Of a DNA stretch of 19,158 bases, positions 15,557-19,158 are shown piece by piece. The DNA comes from a bacterium. Its GTDB lineage: Bacteria > RBG-13-61-14 > DATKZS01. Under the pieces are notes generated by a model. The model searched no databases, was not told where the DNA came from, and saw only the letters and a list, made by a program, of their open reading frames with translations. Each line of letters starts with the position of its first letter. Positions within the stretch are counted from its first letter, which is position 1. The stretch is taken from positions 1 through 19,158 of the forward strand of contig JAWOBU010000219.1 of NCBI GenBank assembly GCA_046484135.1, written 5' to 3'. Position numbers and translations under genes: made by a program.

Positions 15557-18202
15557 TTATTTTTTTGTCGAGCCCTTTTTTCCGGAACGCGAGTCCGACG
15601 CTGCCGTTCGTGAGCCGGCTCGTTTGGTTGCGACCACTTTCTTTTTAGTGTTGCCGGCGCTCTTTTTTTTGCTCCGGGCCACTTTTTTGGATGTGCTTTT
15701 CGAAGTTTTCTTCTGAGTTTTTTTGCCGGCGCCTTTTTTCCCGGTGGACTTTTTCCTTGCCCAGGGCGGCCCTCCCAGCAGGGCGACCTCCAGTACCTCG
15801 TCCATGTTCTTAGCATAGACGAAGTTTATCTTTTTGCGCAAGGGCGCCGGAATATCGTCCAGGTCCTTTTTGTTCCTTTCGGGAATGATGATGGTGTGAA
15901 TTTTGTTTCGCAAAGCCGCCAGCGCTTTTTCCTTGAGTCCTCCGATAGGGAGGACCCTTCCGCGCAGGGTTATCTCGCCGGTCATGGCCACGTCCTTGCG
16001 CACCGGGGTCCGGGCCATTGCCGAGACCAGTGCGGTGGCCATGGTAATGCCGGCGGAGGGCCCGTCCTTGGGGATAGCTCCGGCGGGCACGTGAATGTGG
16101 ACCTCCCTTTTGTCGAAGTAATCGGCGGACAAGTTGAAGTCGGCGAGCCTGCGCTTGGCGTAGCTCAAGCTGGCCTGGGCGGACTCGCGCATGACGTCTC
16201 CAAGCTGGCCGGTGAGCTCGAGCCTGGCTCGGCCCTTGGTGATGCTGGCCTCGACCCGGAGAATCTCGCCGCCGGCCGGTGTCCAGGCCAGGCCGGTGGC
16301 CACACCGGTTTCGTCCTCCTCGATCTCCTCTTCCGGGAGGTAGCGGGGCACGCCCAGGTACTTGTGCACGTTGTCGGCCTTGATCACCATCTTCTTCTCA
16401 CGGCCTTCCGCCACCTTGCGGGCCACCTTCCGGCAGACGTTGCCGATCTCCCGCTCCAAATTACGAAGGCCGGCCTCCTTGGTGTACTGGGTGATGATGG
16501 TCTGCAGGGCCCCGTCGGTCAGCTCGATCCTGTTCCGGCTGATGCCGTTCTCCGCAACCTGCTTCGGTATGAGATACTGGTTGGCGATGGCCTTCTTCTC
16601 CTCCAGGATGTAACCGGGCAGCTCGATGACCTCCATCCGGTCGAGCAGGGCGGAGGGAATGGTGTCGGTGATGTTGGAGGTGGTGATAAACATGACCCGG
16701 GAGAGGTCAAAAGGCAGATTGATGTAGTGGTCCCGGAACGAGTAGTTCTGCTCGGGGTCCAACACTTCGAGGAGCGCCGCGGAAGGGTCTCCGCGGAAGT
16801 CCGCTCCCACCTTGTCAATCTCGTCCAGCATGAACACCGGGTTGTTGGAACCCGCGGTTTTTATGCCCTGGATGATCCTGCCGGGCATAGCACCTACATA
16901 AGTGCGACGGTGGCCGCGAATCTCGGCCTCGTCCCGGATGCCGCCCAGGCTCATGCGGATGAAGTTACGGCCCATGGCGCGGGCGATGGACCTGCCCAGG
17001 CTGGTCTTTCCCACGCCCGGCGGTCCCACAAAGCAGAGGATGGGTCCTTTCATCTTCTTGTTCAGCTTCCGGACCGCCAGGTACTCGAGTATCCTTTCCT
17101 TTACCTTCTCCAGGTCGTAATGGTCCTCGTCCAGGATGCCCTTGGCCTTTTTGATGTCCAGCCGGTCGCGGGTGGACTTGGACCAGGGCAGCTCGACCAG
17201 CCACTCGAGGTAGGTCCTCACCTGGGAGGCCTCCATGGCCTCGGAGTGCATCATCTCCAGCTTCTTTAACTGCTTCTCCGCCTCCTTCCGGGCGTCCTCC
17301 GGCATCTTGGCGTTTTCCATCTTCTCCCGGAGCTCTTCTATCTCCGCGGCCTTCTCGTCAACGTCGCCCAGCTCCTGCTGGATCTGCCGGAGCTGCTCCC
17401 GCAGGTAGTACTCCCGCTGGGTCTTGTTCATCTCCTCCTTGGCCTGGTTCTGAATCTGGGCCTGCATCTGGATGACCTCGGTCTCTTTCTGGACCATCTC
17501 GTTCAAACGCCGCAGTCGGTCTACGGGGTTTATGATCTCGATGAGCTCCTGGGCGTCGCTTACGTTAAGGCCCACGTTGGCAGCCACCAGGTCGGCGAAC
17601 CTGCCGGGATCGGTAAGCGAGTCCAGCACCGAGCTCAAATCGGGAGGGATCGTTTTCCCGTATTGAATGAGCTGCTCCATCTGCTCCTTTATGTTGCGCA
17701 TCAGGGCCTCGGTCTCGAGGCTGCTCTCGGTCTCCGGCTCTTCCAGGACCTCGATCTTGACCGTGTAGGGCTGCTCCTCTTTTTCATACTCCTTTACCCG
17801 GGCGCGGGAGAGACCCTGGACCAGTATCTTGACCCGGCCGTCCGGCATCTTCAGCATCCTCATGATCATGGCCACGGTGCCGGTCTCGTAAATTCCCTCC
17901 GGGGAGGGGTCCTCCTCCGAGGTCTCCCGCTGGGCGGAGAGCATAATCATCCGGTCTTTTCCCAGCGCTTCATTGACCGCCTCCACCGAGCCTTGCCGGG
18001 CCACGAACAGCGGCAGGATCATGAAAGGAAACACCACTACGTCCCGGACCGGGAGCAATGGCATTTCCCGGGGTATCTGTATCTGTTGGGCGTCGGAAGG
18101 GCTCACCGCCTCGTCCGTACCGGGCAGGTCGGTACTCTCTTCAGAGCTTCGCTCCTTGACCTCTTCTTCCTGCCCGCTTTCATTCCTGTGTTCGTCAGAC
18201 AT
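15557..18202 (-). CDS. lon: ATP-dependent protease La (LonA) with Lys-rich C-terminal tail
   Basis: Lon N-domain [10 protein letters not shown], Walker [16 protein letters not shown], catalytic PKDGPSAG and GGLKEK. Confidence 0.97.
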   Translation of the reverse strand: MSDEHRNESGQEEEVKERSSEESTDLPGTDEAVSPSDAQQIQIPREMPLLPVRDVVVFPFMILPLFVARQGSVEAVNEALGKDRMIMLSAQRETSEEDPSPEGIYETGTVAMIMRMLKMPDGRVKILVQGLSRARVKEYEKEEQPYTVKIEVLEEPETESSLETEALMRNIKEQMEQLIQYGKTIPPDLSSVLDSLTDPGRFADLVAANVGLNVSDAQELIEIINPVDRLRRLNEMVQKETEVIQMQAQIQNQAKEEMNKTQREYYLREQLRQIQQELGDVDEKAAEIEELREKMENAKMPEDARKEAEKQLKKLEMMHSEAMEASQVRTYLEWLVELPWSKSTRDRLDIKKAKGILDEDHYDLEKVKERILEYLAVRKLNKKMKGPILCFVGPPGVGKTSLGRSIARAMGRNFIRMSLGGIRDEAEIRGHRRTYVGAMPGRIIQGIKTAGSNNPVFMLDEIDKVGADFRGDPSAALLEVLDPEQNYSFRDHYINLPFDLSRVMFITTSNITDTIPSALLDRMEVIELPGYILEEKKAIANQYLIPKQVAENGISRNRIELTDGALQTIITQYTKEAGLRNLEREIGNVCRKVARKVAEGREKKMVIKADNVHKYLGVPRYLPEEEIEEDETGVATGLAWTPAGGEILRVEASITKGRARLELTGQLGDVMRESAQASLSYAKRRLADFNLSADYFDKREVHIHVPAGAIPKDGPSAGITMATALVSAMARTPVRKDVAMTGEITLRGRVLPIGGLKEKALAALRNKIHTIIIPERNKKDLDDIPAPLRKKINFVYAKNMDEVLEVALLGGPPWARKKSTGKKGAGKKTQKKTSKSTSKKVARSKKKSAGNTKKKVVATKRAGSRTAASDSRSGKKGSTKK

Positions 18203-18253
18203 AATATATCACCTTCTCCTTTAACAATACCTTTTTACGGGAGACGAAAATTT

Positions 18254-18655
18254 CTATTCAATGGGGATGGGTTGCCGCCGGCCCCGTTTCTCCTTGATAA
18301 GGGGAAGCCGGATTATGAGAACGCCGTGTTCCATCACCGCCCTGGCTTCCCGGTTGTTGCAGGCCACCGGCAGTTCCACCTCACGCAAAAAACCGCCGAA
18401 CTTCCTCTCCATCTGGAGGAATGATATCCGTTCTCCCAGCGACTTTTTACTGAGGTCCTCTTCAGTCTTGGCTCCCTCAATTATTATCTTCTCCCCTTCC
18501 ACAAAAAGCCGGAGAGAGGACTTGGCCACCCCCGGAAGCTCGACCTCTATGACGAGCGTCTCGTTGTTCTCGTACATGTCAATGGGAGGGTCGAACTTCT
18601 CCGGTTCTCCGGCGGGCTTTTCGCCCGTCCAAAATACTCTCATCTTTCTGTCCAT
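18254..18655 (-). CDS. Small heat-shock protein (Hsp20/alpha-crystallin)
   Basis: Motifs PPIDMYE, ELPGV, MERKFGGFLREVELP and HGVLIIRLP. Confidence 0.9.
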   Translation of the reverse strand: MDRKMRVFWTGEKPAGEPEKFDPPIDMYENNETLVIEVELPGVAKSSLRLFVEGEKIIIEGAKTEEDLSKKSLGERISFLQMERKFGGFLREVELPVACNNREARAVMEHGVLIIRLPLIKEKRGRRQPIPIE

Positions 18656-18745
18656 TACAGGGTTCTCCGGCCTTTGGTTTCCATGTCATGAATGTACTTG
18701 CCGAAAGACCCGCAACTTGTTCTGCGGGTCCGGCCATTGTAATGA

Positions 18746-18774
18746 AACTTAAGTCCTTTTAATTTGGCTGTCAA
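18746..18774 (-). promoter_or_regulatory. Sigma70-like promoter of the hsp20-lon operon
   Basis: On the - strand: TTGACA (18774-18769), 17-nt spacer, TAAGTT (18751-18746). Confidence 0.55.
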
Positions 18775-18852
18775 GGCTATGATGTGTTATTACCTAGTAA
18801 GGCGGGATAGCGACAAAGGCGGGGGTTAAGCGAAGTCAGGAGGGGGAAAGAC

Positions 18853-19029
18853 ATGAGAAAGACGGCAGTGGTTAAAATCTGTATCATGGTACTTCTTTTG
18901 GTCGGTTTGTGGATCGGGCTTACCAGAACGGACCTGTTTAAGTCCTCCGAGACCGTCATCAGGTGGGCCCCTCTTGGAGACACGGCTGAAAAAGCGGAAA
19001 CGGACCATGGCGGAAAAAGACAAAAATAA
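18853..19029 (+). CDS. Small (58 aa) single-TM or signal-peptide hypothetical protein
   Basis: GGAGGGGG RBS. MRKTAVVKICIMVLLLVGLWIGLTRTDLFK... has a basic N-terminus and a hydrophobic helix. Below the ORF-track cutoff. Confidence 0.5.
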   Translation: MRKTAVVKICIMVLLLVGLWIGLTRTDLFKSSETVIRWAPLGDTAEKAETDHGGKRQK

Positions 19030-19158
19030 AGACCAGCCTCCGTTTAAGGAACGGGCCAAGGCTTACCTCCGACAAAAAGCCGACGCCACCCCGCTGGGGC
19101 TTTTGTACGTTCTGAACGGCGTGTTTATCATCTACTGGGCCCTGGACCTGATTCCCGG
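19007..19158 (+). CDS. Membrane hypothetical protein, truncated by the window edge
   Basis: MAEKDKNKDQPPFKERAKAYLRQKADATPLGLLYVLNGVFIIYWALDLIP... is open to the window end and overlaps the previous ORF by 23 nt. Confidence 0.55.
   Translation, partial: MAEKDKNKDQPPFKERAKAYLRQKADATPLGLLYVLNGVFIIYWALDLIP

Noticed and set aside
1992..18424. Long antisense or alternate-frame ORFs (e.g. 6922-8025, 13216-14244, 14090-15151, 15896-17269)
   Set aside because: Shadow ORFs of well-supported high-GC genes.
18656..18852. CIRCE or other heat-shock operator upstream of hsp20-lon
   Set aside because: No TTAGCACTC-N9-GAGTGCTAA or other convincing inverted repeat was found.

Overview
High-GC bacterial chromosomal window; the gene order looks Deltaproteobacteria/Desulfobacterota-like (inference). 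The + strand carries a tandem-FHA protein gene and an addB-like/addA-like helicase-nuclease pair. The - strand carries a Gfo/Idh/MocA oxidoreductase and a coupled hsp20-lon-thiL-CNNM-CNNM operon, with two small divergent membrane ORFs at the right edge. The most unusual signals are non-coding. (i) A 29-bp hairpin mini-element (CCTGCCTGTGCG...CACGCAGACAGG) occurs three times as a clean insertion without target duplication. Once it is nested in itself, and matching empty sites lie in the same window. (ii) A ~1.8-kb mosaic of at least six REP/REPIN-like palindrome families fills most of the 2.4-kb intergenic gap. (iii) A ~300-nt nested multi-stem structure lies between a sigma70-like promoter and the FHA gene (candidate ncRNA or leader). 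Protein oddities: the AddB-like protein lacks 3 of 4 Fe-S staple cysteines, Lon has a 67-aa Lys-rich tail, the oxidoreductase has EAP in place of EKP, and the FHA linker has a GarA-like ETT motif. All calls were made by eye; no searches or folding programs were run.
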